From NCBI GenBank assembly GCA_037139515.1, contig JBAXGH010000001.1, positions 16,101 to 80,100 on the forward strand: a stretch of 64,000 bases of DNA. The letters are read 5' to 3'. This document shows, piece by piece, positions 51,355-59,419 of this stretch (position 1 is its first letter; each line of letters starts with the position of its first letter). Position numbers and translations under genes: made by a program. The DNA is from a bacterium (GTDB lineage: Bacteria; Patescibacteriota; Patescibacteriia; JBAXGH01). Below the pieces are notes generated by a model. The model was not told the DNA's origin. It ran no database searches and saw only the letters and a list, made by a program, of their open reading frames with translations.

Positions 51355-51564
51355 ATGACGTTCCTCGGAGCCTCAAGTGGAAACGGCGAATGTCACTGCA
51401 TCTGCCATAGCAAGCCAGAAGGCGTCATAAAGCACATGCGCGCCTGTTGCGACAAGTGCCCATTTTGCGGAAAGCACATCTCGAATGCGAGACGGCACGA
51501 TCCGGTCTGTGAAAAGAACCCGGCGAACCAAAGAAAGCCAGCGAGCGGAGGAGAAAAGAAATGA
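51355..51564 (+). CDS. small Cys/His-rich protein (CxCxCH...H...CCxxCPxCGKH) with a basic tail
   Basis: SD AAGGAG 7 nt upstream. 69 aa with 7 Cys in a ~30-aa core. Confidence 0.5.
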   Translation: MTFLGASSGNGECHCICHSKPEGVIKHMRACCDKCPFCGKHISNARRHDPVCEKNPANQRKPASGGEKK

Positions 51565-51827
51565 GCGGACTCGAAGATTTTGCTCTCGGACTTTGCGATT
51601 GCGCCTGCCACCGCGGACCAAAAGGCTTCGTGAACCACATCACGGCCTGCTGCTCACGCTGTCCGCATTGCGGCAAGAATGTGAAGTTCAGGCTTTTCTT
51701 CACGAACCAAACTGCAAGCAGAACCCGGCAAACCAGAAACCAGAAGAGCCGCCAAAAGAAGGCGGTTGACGCCCTAGCCCCAGCGTGTTATCCTATGTTT
51801 ATTGGATGCCCGCCGGGGCATTTTTAA
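51561..51827 (+). CDS. paralogous small Cys/His-rich protein, with an apparent +2 frameshift relative to the first copy after CGKN
   Basis: SD GGAGGA. The core CDCACH...H...CCSRCPHCGKN aligns with the first copy. In frame +3 the tail HEPNCKQNPANQKPEEPPKEGG aligns with the first copy's HDPVCEKNPANQRKPASGGEKK. Confidence 0.45.
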   Translation: MSGLEDFALGLCDCACHRGPKGFVNHITACCSRCPHCGKNVKFRLFFTNQTASRTRQTRNQKSRQKKAVDALAPACYPMFIGCPPGHF

Positions 51828-51839
51828 ATAGCGAAAAAT

Positions 51840-51910
51840 AGAGATTAGAGCTTAGGGTTTAGAGATTAGTGACATCCCTAACCTCTAAGCTCTAACCTCT
51901 AAGTTCTACC
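51840..51910. repeat. palindromic array of CTCTAAG/CTCTAAC-like heptamers upstream of secE
   Basis: GAGATTAGAGCTTAGGGTTTAGAGATTAG-tgacatc-CCTAACCTCTAAGCTCTAACCTCTAAG. Confidence 0.55.
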
Positions 51911-51914
51911 CCAT

Positions 51915-52118
51915 ATGACCAAATACGTTGATTCGATTGTGAACTACTTCAAAGACGCCAAGCTCGAACTCATGAAGGTTTCCTGGCCTTCAAAGCATGA
52001 TTTGACCCGCTACAGCGTCATCGTCATCGCCGCTTCGATTATCGTCGCTGCTTCTTTCGGCGCGCTCGATTTCGGACTTGCGAAGGGACTCAACAAACTC
52101 ATCGATTTAGTTTCTTAA
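51915..52118 (+). CDS. secE: preprotein translocase subunit SecE
   Basis: 67 aa with a single C-terminal TM helix. Positioned immediately before nusG. Confidence 0.8.
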   Translation: MTKYVDSIVNYFKDAKLELMKVSWPSKHDLTRYSVIVIAASIIVAASFGALDFGLAKGLNKLIDLVS

Positions 52119-52142
52119 ATCGAATTTTAACGCACTTTAGCT

Positions 52143-52688
52143 ATGCCTAAGCAAACAAGTAATTACGGCCGTCGCTGGTATGCCATCCATACCTACTCCG
52201 GCTACGAAGAGAACGTCGAAGACAACCTTCGCAAGCGTATCGACTCGATGGACAAAGAGAAAGAAATTTTCAACATTCTGATTCCGAAAGAAAAGAAAAT
52301 CAAAATCAAGAACGGCAAACGTCGCGTGGTTGAGGAAAAAATCTTCCCGGGCTATGTCTTGGTTGAAATGATCGTGACGGATGATTCCTGGTACGTTGTG
52401 CGCAATACCCCAAACGTGACCGGTTTCATCGGCACAGGTACGACGCCGACTCCCGTTTCGGAAGACGAAATCAAGGCGCTTCAGTCACGCATGGGCGTCA
52501 ATGAGCCGCAATTCAAACTTGATGTTACGGTTGATTCTCCGGTTCGCATTTCCGACGGCCCATTCAAAGGCTTCGAAGGAAAGGTTTCGGAAATCGACGA
52601 AGCTCGCGGCAAAGTCAAGGTGTTGGTCAATATGTTCGGTCGCGAAACTCCAATCGAACTCGACTTCTTGCAGGTTAAGAAGATATAG
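52143..52688 (+). CDS. nusG: transcription termination/antitermination factor NusG
   Basis: RRWYAIHTYSGYE NGN start and the C-terminal KOW motif GPFKGFEGKV. Confidence 0.9.
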   Translation: MPKQTSNYGRRWYAIHTYSGYEENVEDNLRKRIDSMDKEKEIFNILIPKEKKIKIKNGKRRVVEEKIFPGYVLVEMIVTDDSWYVVRNTPNVTGFIGTGTTPTPVSEDEIKALQSRMGVNEPQFKLDVTVDSPVRISDGPFKGFEGKVSEIDEARGKVKVLVNMFGRETPIELDFLQVKKI

Positions 52689-52699
52689 CGCTCGACACT

Positions 52700-52830
52700 A
52701 CAAAATAAAACACGGGTCCTGGGTCGGTATGTGTTGCGCGTTCGAGACGGGACTGTCCCCAAAGCCGCAGGGGACTGTCCCTCCGAACGCGTAACACGGG
52801 GCCCCTCCCACCCGTGCTTTATTTTATACA
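52700..52830. repeat. ~130-nt imperfect palindrome (outer AAAATAAAACACGGGT/ACCCGTGCTTTATTTT, inner GGGACTGTCCCC x2)
   Basis: Read directly in the nusG-rplK spacer. Confidence 0.5.
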
Positions 52831-52934
52831 TTCGAACCCCCATCGTCATTCCCGCGAAGGCAGGAATCCATTCTAGTCCCAGTTTCGCGCGAAAATGAAT
52901 TGCCTGCCGAAAAAGGGGCCCCTTTCGTAATGGA

Positions 52935-53088
52935 GTGATTACGGTTTTGGGCCGTATTTTGCGAGAAGCCCACAGGCGCCCAATCTTAACTACGAATTTC
53001 AGCTAAACTCAGCGGGCGCCGAGGACCAGAAGGCGCGACTCCACACGCGCCGGTTCTCGCAAAATATGCCCAAAAGCCGTAATCCGAA
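52935..53088. repeat. ~150-nt element bounded by 30-nt inverted repeats (ATTACGGTTTTGGGCCGTATTTTGCGAGAA / TTCTCGCAAAATATGCCCAAAAGCCGTAAT)
   Basis: Read directly. It ends 8 nt before the rplK -35. Confidence 0.5.
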
Positions 53089-53095
53089 GTCCTGC

Positions 53096-53125
53096 TTGAC
53101 GTTTAATGTGGAATTAGATATAAAT
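53096..53125 (+). promoter_or_regulatory. sigma-70-type promoter of rplK (TTGACG-17-TATAAAT)
   Basis: Exact hexamers with 17-nt spacing, followed by a ~110-nt leader. Confidence 0.6.
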
Positions 53126-53237
53126 CACGGGCTTAAAACAAAGGCGGCATCCACCGCCACTTCTCTTCTCTGGAATCGTCTGGGTCGGCCAATGCGTTAC
53201 CTCATTGCCCACACCCGTACTAATTCCAAAACTCAGT

Positions 53238-53663
53238 ATGGCCAAGAAAATCAAGGCCCTAGTCAAGCTCCAGATTCCGGCAGGCGCAGCTAACCCAGCT
53301 CCTCCAGTCGGTCCGGCTCTCGGTCAGCACGGTGTCAACATTCAGGATTTCTGTCAGAAGTTCAATGCCGCAACCCAGGCCATGCGCGGTGATACGGTTC
53401 CGGTCATCATCACGATCTACGATGACCGCTCGTTCACCTTCATCATGAAGACGCCTCCGGCCGCCGATCTTATCAAAAAGGCCATTGGCCTCGCGAAAGG
53501 ATCCGGCAAGCCGCAGTCGGAAAAGGTTGGCAAAATCACGATGGCTCAGATTCGCGCCATCGCTGAAAAGAAAATGCCAGACATGAATTGCCGAACGGTT
53601 GATGCCGCAGCTCGCTGTATTGCCGGTACCGCAAAGAACATGGGAGTTGAAATAGTTGGGTAG
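53238..53663 (+). CDS. rplK: 50S ribosomal protein L11
   Basis: [35 protein letters not shown]. Confidence 0.95.
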   Translation: MAKKIKALVKLQIPAGAANPAPPVGPALGQHGVNIQDFCQKFNAATQAMRGDTVPVIITIYDDRSFTFIMKTPPAADLIKKAIGLAKGSGKPQSEKVGKITMAQIRAIAEKKMPDMNCRTVDAAARCIAGTAKNMGVEIVG

Positions 53664-53671
53664 GTTCAAGA

Positions 53672-53760
53672 AATCAAAAAATCAAGAAAACGAGAAATCA
53701 AGGAACGCTGCCCGCGCCCTTGATTTTTTGATTTCTTGATTTTTTACCAATACCGGGCGG
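53672..53760. terminator. 19-nt perfect inverted repeat of AATCAAGA units enclosing a GC hairpin; candidate terminator after rplK (no rplA follows)
   Basis: AAGAAATCAAAAAATCAAG ... CAAGGaacgctgcccgcgCCCTTG ... CTTGATTTTTTGATTTCTT. Confidence 0.45.
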
Positions 53761-53764
53761 CTTT

Positions 53765-53822
53765 TCGTATTGACAAAGCTAAGATTCTTTGCTAGTTTCA
53801 GCTGAGTCCGAGAAAGGAGGAC
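53765..53822 (+). promoter_or_regulatory. promoter/operator CGTATTGACAAAGCTAAGATTCTTTGC plus SD for the HExxH gene
   Basis: Shares a CGTATTGACAAA..T.A.A.TCTTTGC motif with 54821..54860 upstream of the amidohydrolase gene. Confidence 0.45.
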
Positions 53823-54764
53823 GTGATGAATTTTCTCAAACACAATCTGATGATTCTCATCCCCCTCACGATATGTGCAGCGCTCTTCGGCGCTCGCGTG
53901 TATCAGAAAGCCGAACAGGAACAGACGCTGGCTCAAAAGGAAAAAGCGCGCGCAGAAGCCGAAGATAAACGCAGCAAGAACGAAGCTCTGAAAGACTGGC
54001 AATATGCCTACACCGATCATACAGCGCTTCCGCAGGGTACTCAGGTAAGCTTCCCCGCGATTCCGCCACTCGTCATTTGTCGACCAGACAATGCTGGCAC
54101 CGAAGGCTGCACAATGGAACTCATGGGCAGATTCTCGTGGCTCCTATCACAGCTCCCAGAACCTTCGCGTGGCGCGCTCACCGCGTCTATCGAGAACAGT
54201 GAGGTTTTTCCCGGACTGCTCTCCGATGCCGACTATGTTGGCGCGGCGTTCATCACCGAAGAGAAAGCCTTGCCGGACGGCGGAATGCTCGTAAAACCGC
54301 GCCTCGGAGTTTCAGGAACTGCACTCATGAAAATTCCGCAGGAAAAAGGAGTCGGCGAAACCCTCGTCGCCATCCTGCACGAATACCGTCACTTCCTTCA
54401 GTGGCACGAGGATTGTCGCAGGCAAGGCAAAATCGTGAGCAATCGCGTGGACCGAAGGCGAATCTTGCCAATGAGCGAAGCAAAATGTGCACAGCACTGG
54501 GAGAATGAGCACGAGGCATACTTTGAAGGCTGCTACCGAGCCTTCAGCTGGGGGCTTCCGAGAAACAATCTCTCCGACCTCTGCGACAAGCTTGATGATC
54601 CGAGCGTAATTGCCTTCAAACGTGCACTCTTCTTCGCGCTTGGAAATACTATCGGACAAGACAAGCAACCCGAATGTCTCCCGGTTTGGGCGCGCCTCGC
54701 CGGACACCCGCACCCGGAAGCGTTTGCCGAATATTGGTCACAGCGCAAAAACAGAAACCTATGA
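53823..54764 (+). CDS. membrane-anchored hypothetical protein with an HExxH motif (putative metallopeptidase-like), GC-rich
   Basis: N-terminal TM segment, coiled-coil, then LVAILHEYRHFLQWHED. Local GC is about 57%. Confidence 0.4.
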   Translation: MMNFLKHNLMILIPLTICAALFGARVYQKAEQEQTLAQKEKARAEAEDKRSKNEALKDWQYAYTDHTALPQGTQVSFPAIPPLVICRPDNAGTEGCTMELMGRFSWLLSQLPEPSRGALTASIENSEVFPGLLSDADYVGAAFITEEKALPDGGMLVKPRLGVSGTALMKIPQEKGVGETLVAILHEYRHFLQWHEDCRRQGKIVSNRVDRRRILPMSEAKCAQHWENEHEAYFEGCYRAFSWGLPRNNLSDLCDKLDDPSVIAFKRALFFALGNTIGQDKQPECLPVWARLAGHPHPEAFAEYWSQRKNRNL

Positions 54765-54870
54765 CCCTAAGCTCCGCTTCAAAAACGGAGCTATTTTATT
54801 ATCCGATACAGCCTCGGGCATCGTATTGACAAAAATCAAAATCTTTGCGATTCTACGCCTTGCAAAACAA

Positions 54871-55719
54871 ATGCCCGTCGGGCAGAAAGCGAGTCGTACC
54901 TTGGAAATCATTGACGCACATGCTCATTTGGGCTCAAAAGCCACAGAACAGACGAGGCCCATCCTTGTGAGCGCTGACGAACTCGTCGCTTCGATGGACA
55001 AGAACGGAATCTCGAAAGCGCTCGTGATCGCACGTGCCGAGAGCGGGACTTCGAATGCCAGGCTCATGAGCGATCTCAAGCCACACCGCACGAGGCTTTT
55101 CGCGATTGCGGAAGTTGGGCCAGGAACAGAGCACGCCGACGCGCAGCTGGATTTCCTTTGGCCACTTCTGGAAGATGGTGTGATCCGTGGATTCAAGCTT
55201 TATCCCGGAAACACCAAGTGCCACTCATTCGACAAACGCCTGCACAAGTACCTTGAATCCCTGGAAGATGCCGGCCGACCGGTTATCGTCCATACCGGGG
55301 ACTGTCTCTGCCGCGTTCCAGGCTCCGACCTGGCTTTCGTGAAAGCTCGTTCAGTCGAGATTCTCGCGACGATGATGCCGGAACTCAAGATCGTGATGGC
55401 GCACGCCGGTGCCCCACACATCGCGGACACCGTCAAAGCCTGCCTCGAGCATCCGAACGTGAGCGTCGATTGCTCCGGGTTCATGCGCACGCGAACCGAC
55501 GACGAAGACGATTCTGAGACCGCCTGCGACACGCGCTGGCTCCTGACATGCTTGATGCAGCTTCTCGAGGCCATCGGACCCGAACGGATTCTCTTCGGTA
55601 CCGACTTCCCAATCGCACGACACATGCCGTACATCAAGGCCATGAACGGAATGCCGATCACGGCGGACAAGCTCGCGCTCATCATGAGCGGAAACGCCAA
55701 GCGGATTTTCGGCCTGTAA
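54871..55719 (+). CDS. amidohydrolase-2 family TIM-barrel metal-dependent hydrolase, GC-rich
   Basis: IIDAHAHLG start motif, HTGD and MAHAG metal-ligand motifs, and a FGTDFP C-terminal motif. Confidence 0.6.
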   Translation: MPVGQKASRTLEIIDAHAHLGSKATEQTRPILVSADELVASMDKNGISKALVIARAESGTSNARLMSDLKPHRTRLFAIAEVGPGTEHADAQLDFLWPLLEDGVIRGFKLYPGNTKCHSFDKRLHKYLESLEDAGRPVIVHTGDCLCRVPGSDLAFVKARSVEILATMMPELKIVMAHAGAPHIADTVKACLEHPNVSVDCSGFMRTRTDDEDDSETACDTRWLLTCLMQLLEAIGPERILFGTDFPIARHMPYIKAMNGMPITADKLALIMSGNAKRIFGL

Positions 55720-55780
55720 TCAGAACCTTTTCGCGAGTTAGTGCAACGCAAAGCGCCCCAGAATACCGGGGCGCTGTTTT

Positions 55781-56002
55781 TTATCTTGTCTGGCACTGCG
55801 CTTCAACCGCCTGCAGCCTTTGCCCCATCTCCTGCGTCATCCGAGTCAGCGCATCGCGAGTCATAAGTACGTAAACACCGAAAACCAGAACTACGACCAG
55901 CGCCACGATATTCGCAAGCCAGCCATCGTGATGATGATGATCAAACAAACTGTGAGCTCCGACTGGTTTTTTCGCCTCGACGACCTCCTTTCGTTTTGGC
56001 AT
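55781..56002 (-). CDS. small His-rich membrane protein
   Basis: 73 aa with an HHHHD tract and one TM helix. It starts 2 nt after the upstream small membrane ORF ends. Confidence 0.35.
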   Translation of the reverse strand: MPKRKEVVEAKKPVGAHSLFDHHHHDGWLANIVALVVVLVFGVYVLMTRDALTRMTQEMGQRLQAVEAQCQTR

Positions 56003-56003
56003 A

Positions 56004-56282
56004 TTATTCTTCTTTCTTGTCTTTAAAGTATTTTACAATGTGCTTGGCCGCATCACCGATAGTTCCGAGATGCGCAACCGAGTGTTCGATCCTATCTTTT
56101 ACTCCGCGAATGCCTTCATCAATTCGTTCAACCTTTTTCTGAATATCCATCATGAAAGCTTCAACTGTGCGTAGAATCACGACGAGATGATAAAGTAGCC
56201 AACAGAAAAACACCGTCACCCAAAGGATGCAGAAAGCCAGCACCAGAAAAAGAATATCCTGCGAGGTATTCACCATAGCCAC
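56004..56282 (-). CDS. small membrane protein with a C-terminal amphipathic helix
   Basis: 92 aa with an N-terminal TM hairpin. Confidence 0.35.
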   Translation of the reverse strand: MAMVNTSQDILFLVLAFCILWVTVFFCWLLYHLVVILRTVEAFMMDIQKKVERIDEGIRGVKDRIEHSVAHLGTIGDAAKHIVKYFKDKKEE

Positions 56283-56349
56283 ATTTTACCACATTCCCAT
56301 TTCTTCTTCCTCTACAAAACAAAAATCAAAATCACTCAGGTACGGAAAT

Positions 56350-56450
56350 ACGCGAACGGCGGTGCGCGATTCTCTCTGCGCCCTCCTCCGCGGCGTGTGA
56401 CGCCTGCGGTGAATGCTCGCGAGAATACGCGCAATCCGTTCGCCTACTTT
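56350..56450. repeat. family-4 structured repeat, second copy
   Basis: Core CTGCGCCCTCCTCCGCGGCGTGTGACGCCTGCGGTGAATGCTCG. Outer arms CGCGAACGGCGGTGCGCGATTCTC and GCGAGAATACGCGCAATCCGTTCGC. Confidence 0.6.
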
Positions 56451-56482
56451 TCGGGCTCAAACTGTTGCGTTCGAAATGTTTT

Positions 56483-56559
56483 GAAAGTGTACGAAGCCTA
56501 TTCGTCGCTGGGCTATGGCTCCCCTCTAGCCCAGCGAGCGAATAGGTTCGCACTTTCTG
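56483..56559. repeat. family-1 palindromic element, copy E (arms conserved, loop differs)
   Basis: GAAAGTGTACGAAGCCTATTCGTCGCTGGGCTA-tggctcccctc-TAGCCCAGCGAGCGAATAGGTTCGCACTTTC. It lies immediately 3' of pheT. Confidence 0.65.
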
Positions 56560-56582
56560 TTGCTGAGCGAGAAAAAAGAAAG

Positions 56583-58985
56583 TTAAGACCGCACTTCGGC
56601 TGCAAACCGATCACGCAAAACCTTGCGTACTTTTTCGAGCAGTTCATCTGCCTGAGCCGTGGTTAGAGTTGCATTCGGATCGCGTAATTCCAGGTGATAT
56701 GCAAGTGATTTTCGCTTCTCCCCAATCTCCGGCCCGCGATACTCATCAAACTTCTCGGCGCCAATGACCAACGCATCAACAGCCAAGAATGCCTCCATTA
56801 TTTCATCGTGAGTTAGTCTGTCCTGAACCACGAAGCTGATATCGCGTTTTATCGACGGAAAAGTCGGAATACCCATGAAAATCTTAGCGAGCTTCATGTT
56901 CGGTACAAGTTTTGCGAAATCAAACGTAAGCACGCCAGCGCGATGCTCCAGGTCGGCACCCTTTTGAACCTCAGCTCGAAGCTCGCCCACCATGCCCACC
57001 GATTCGCCGTTAATCAGAATTTCAGCTGACCGGCTCGGATGGAACAAGATATTATCAGTCATGCGCATTAACCTAAAACCCTCGAAACCGAATTTGTCGG
57101 CCAGCGTTTCTAATAACCCCTTGGCGGATGCGAATCCTTCTTCATTGTGACCATATGAAATCGCAGTAAACCGCAGACCTTCGACCGGCAAACCGGACTG
57201 TGCGGGCATAAAGACATTACCAATTTCATAGATTTTACCGCTTGGATAGCGCTCCTGATTTTCTTTGATTGCGACAAGCATGTTAGGCAAAAGCTTATCG
57301 CGAAGATGCGTGAAGTCTGAAGAAAGCGGGTTCGAGACCGCGAGAAGCGTATCAGTCGACTGACCAATAGCCTTATAAATCGCGGCGTTCGTATACGAAT
57401 AAGTCATGGTTTCGGTCCAACCAGTCGCCTCCAAAAAACTTTTCATCTCATCAATCCAGAAGAATTCGGTATTTTTAGCTTGCGCAATACGGCTCGAAAA
57501 ACCGGCCGGGAGTACCGGCTTGATATTATGGAGTCCGTAAATGCGCGCCACTTCTTCAACCAAATCACGCTCGCCCTCGATATCAAATTCACGCCAAAAC
57601 GGAACTTTCACGCTCCATTTTGTGCCTTTTCCTGAAACCACAAAACCTAAAGACTCGAGAATCTTTTTCTGCTTTTGCGCCGGGATTTTTTCACCAATAA
57701 GTGATTCGGCATAGGCTGGCCGAAAACCGTAAACATGAACCGGCGATTTCTTTGGATTCACGTCGATAATTTCCGTGAGTTCAGATTCCGGCATCAGCTC
57801 TCGCACAAGCTCAAGCGCTCGCGACATCGCCCAAGCACATCCATGTGACGACAAACCCTTCTCAAAACGCAATGAAGCTTCGGTGATCAGGTCTCGTGAA
57901 CGCGAGGTTTTGCCAACTGATCCGGGATCAAAGGCCGCCGCTTCAAATACCACCGAAATAGTTTTTTCTGTTGTACCGCTCTCCTCGCCACCAATCACGC
58001 CAGCAATCGCAATCGGTTTTACTGCATCAGCAATTACCAAATCCCTTTCATTTAAAGAATATTCTTTATTATCGAGCGCGAGCATTTTTTCACCAGGCTT
58101 GGCGCTGCGAATCTTGATTAAATCGCCTTCAAGCGCGGCGCGATCAAAAGCATGCATCGGATGTCCGATTTCAAGCATCACATAATTCGTGATGTCGACA
58201 ATATTGTTGATTGAACGGATTCCGGCCTGCGATAGTCTCGCGCGCATCCAGGCTGGAGATGGACCAACTTTGACGCCGCGAACTACGGCGCCCAAATATC
58301 GAGAACAGAGCTTTTTATTTTCAATCACGATTTTTAAACCATCGCGGACTTTCTTGGTTTTCGGAAGTCCGGATTCACTGAACGAGAAGCGCCCAAGTCC
58401 CGAAGCCGAAGCCTCGAGTGCGAGCCCAACCATCGAAAGACAATCTGGACGGTTCGTCGTGGCCTCGATATCAAAAATCGGATCTTCTAAGCCAACCGCG
58501 GTTGAAACCAAAGTTCCGGGCTTTGCTTTCGTGAAAGTTAAATCTAAAATTTCGCGCTCACCGCTCGACGGAAACAAATCCGTGAGTCCGATTTCGTTCG
58601 CGCCACAAATCATACCGTCGGATTTCACGCCGCGCAGTTCCGCGCTCGCGAGCAAGACCGGCTCGCCTTCTCCGTGCCATCTAACGCTCGACCCCGGAAG
58701 CGCGACTGCGACCAATTGCCCGACTTCCAAATTCGAACCTCCACAAACAATTTGCTGCGGTTTTTTGGCTCCGACATCAACTTGCGTGACACGAAGTTTA
58801 TCGGCATTCGGATGTTTTTCGACCGAAATCAATTTTCCGACGACGATATTTTTGAACTGGCCGGAAACGGAAATAACTTTTTCCACTCCCGGTCCGCGCA
58901 GCGAGAGTTCGCGCGCAAACTCATCCGGCGTGGCGTCGGTTTTAAGAAATTCTTTAATCCAATTGTACGAAGCGAGAATATTCAT
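56583..58985 (-). CDS. pheT: phenylalanine--tRNA ligase beta subunit
   Basis: 800 aa with an N-terminal tRNA-binding domain and B3/4 and B5 domains. Confidence 0.9.
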   Translation of the reverse strand: MNILASYNWIKEFLKTDATPDEFARELSLRGPGVEKVISVSGQFKNIVVGKLISVEKHPNADKLRVTQVDVGAKKPQQIVCGGSNLEVGQLVAVALPGSSVRWHGEGEPVLLASAELRGVKSDGMICGANEIGLTDLFPSSGEREILDLTFTKAKPGTLVSTAVGLEDPIFDIEATTNRPDCLSMVGLALEASASGLGRFSFSESGLPKTKKVRDGLKIVIENKKLCSRYLGAVVRGVKVGPSPAWMRARLSQAGIRSINNIVDITNYVMLEIGHPMHAFDRAALEGDLIKIRSAKPGEKMLALDNKEYSLNERDLVIADAVKPIAIAGVIGGEESGTTEKTISVVFEAAAFDPGSVGKTSRSRDLITEASLRFEKGLSSHGCAWAMSRALELVRELMPESELTEIIDVNPKKSPVHVYGFRPAYAESLIGEKIPAQKQKKILESLGFVVSGKGTKWSVKVPFWREFDIEGERDLVEEVARIYGLHNIKPVLPAGFSSRIAQAKNTEFFWIDEMKSFLEATGWTETMTYSYTNAAIYKAIGQSTDTLLAVSNPLSSDFTHLRDKLLPNMLVAIKENQERYPSGKIYEIGNVFMPAQSGLPVEGLRFTAISYGHNEEGFASAKGLLETLADKFGFEGFRLMRMTDNILFHPSRSAEILINGESVGMVGELRAEVQKGADLEHRAGVLTFDFAKLVPNMKLAKIFMGIPTFPSIKRDISFVVQDRLTHDEIMEAFLAVDALVIGAEKFDEYRGPEIGEKRKSLAYHLELRDPNATLTTAQADELLEKVRKVLRDRFAAEVRS

Positions 58986-58997
58986 AGTTCGTTCGGG

Positions 58998-59072
58998 CGC
59001 AGAGCAAGAGCTTAGGGCTTAAAGCTTAGTGATATCTCTAAGCTCTAATCTCTAAACTCTAAGCTCTAATCC
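58998..59072. repeat. palindromic array of CTCTAAG-like heptamers
   Basis: AGAGCTTAGGGCTTAAAGCTTAG-tgatat-CTCTAAGCTCTAATCTCTAAACTCTAAGCTCTAATCCC. Confidence 0.55.
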
Positions 59073-59076
59073 CATT

Positions 59077-59409
59077 TTACTTCCAATTAATCATCACGAT
59101 CGCGAGCACCGCAAAGCAGTATCCGGCCATATTGAGAGCGCTGATATTCTCGCGAAAGAAGTACCAGCCAAAGAACGAAGAAAAGATAACCGCCGAAACT
59201 CCGAGCGTAATCGTGGCCTTCGAAAGCGGATATCGTGAGAGCACATAGATGAAGAATATGTGTGGCACGATCGGGAGGATATTTGCGGCTAAGAATTGCC
59301 AATCTTGCAACAAAGTCAGGTTGAATGGCTTATCCGCCATGCGTGTTTTTTTGAGAACATCCGAGAGGCTATAAAGCAGCTGTGAAAAGACAATAATGGC
59401 AACGTACAT
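59077..59409 (-). CDS. small four-TM membrane protein (SMR/EamA-like)
   Basis: 110 aa with four hydrophobic helices. Confidence 0.3.
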   Translation of the reverse strand: MYVAIIVFSQLLYSLSDVLKKTRMADKPFNLTLLQDWQFLAANILPIVPHIFFIYVLSRYPLSKATITLGVSAVIFSSFFGWYFFRENISALNMAGYCFAVLAIVMINWK

Positions 59410-59419
59410 AAAGAGCGGT

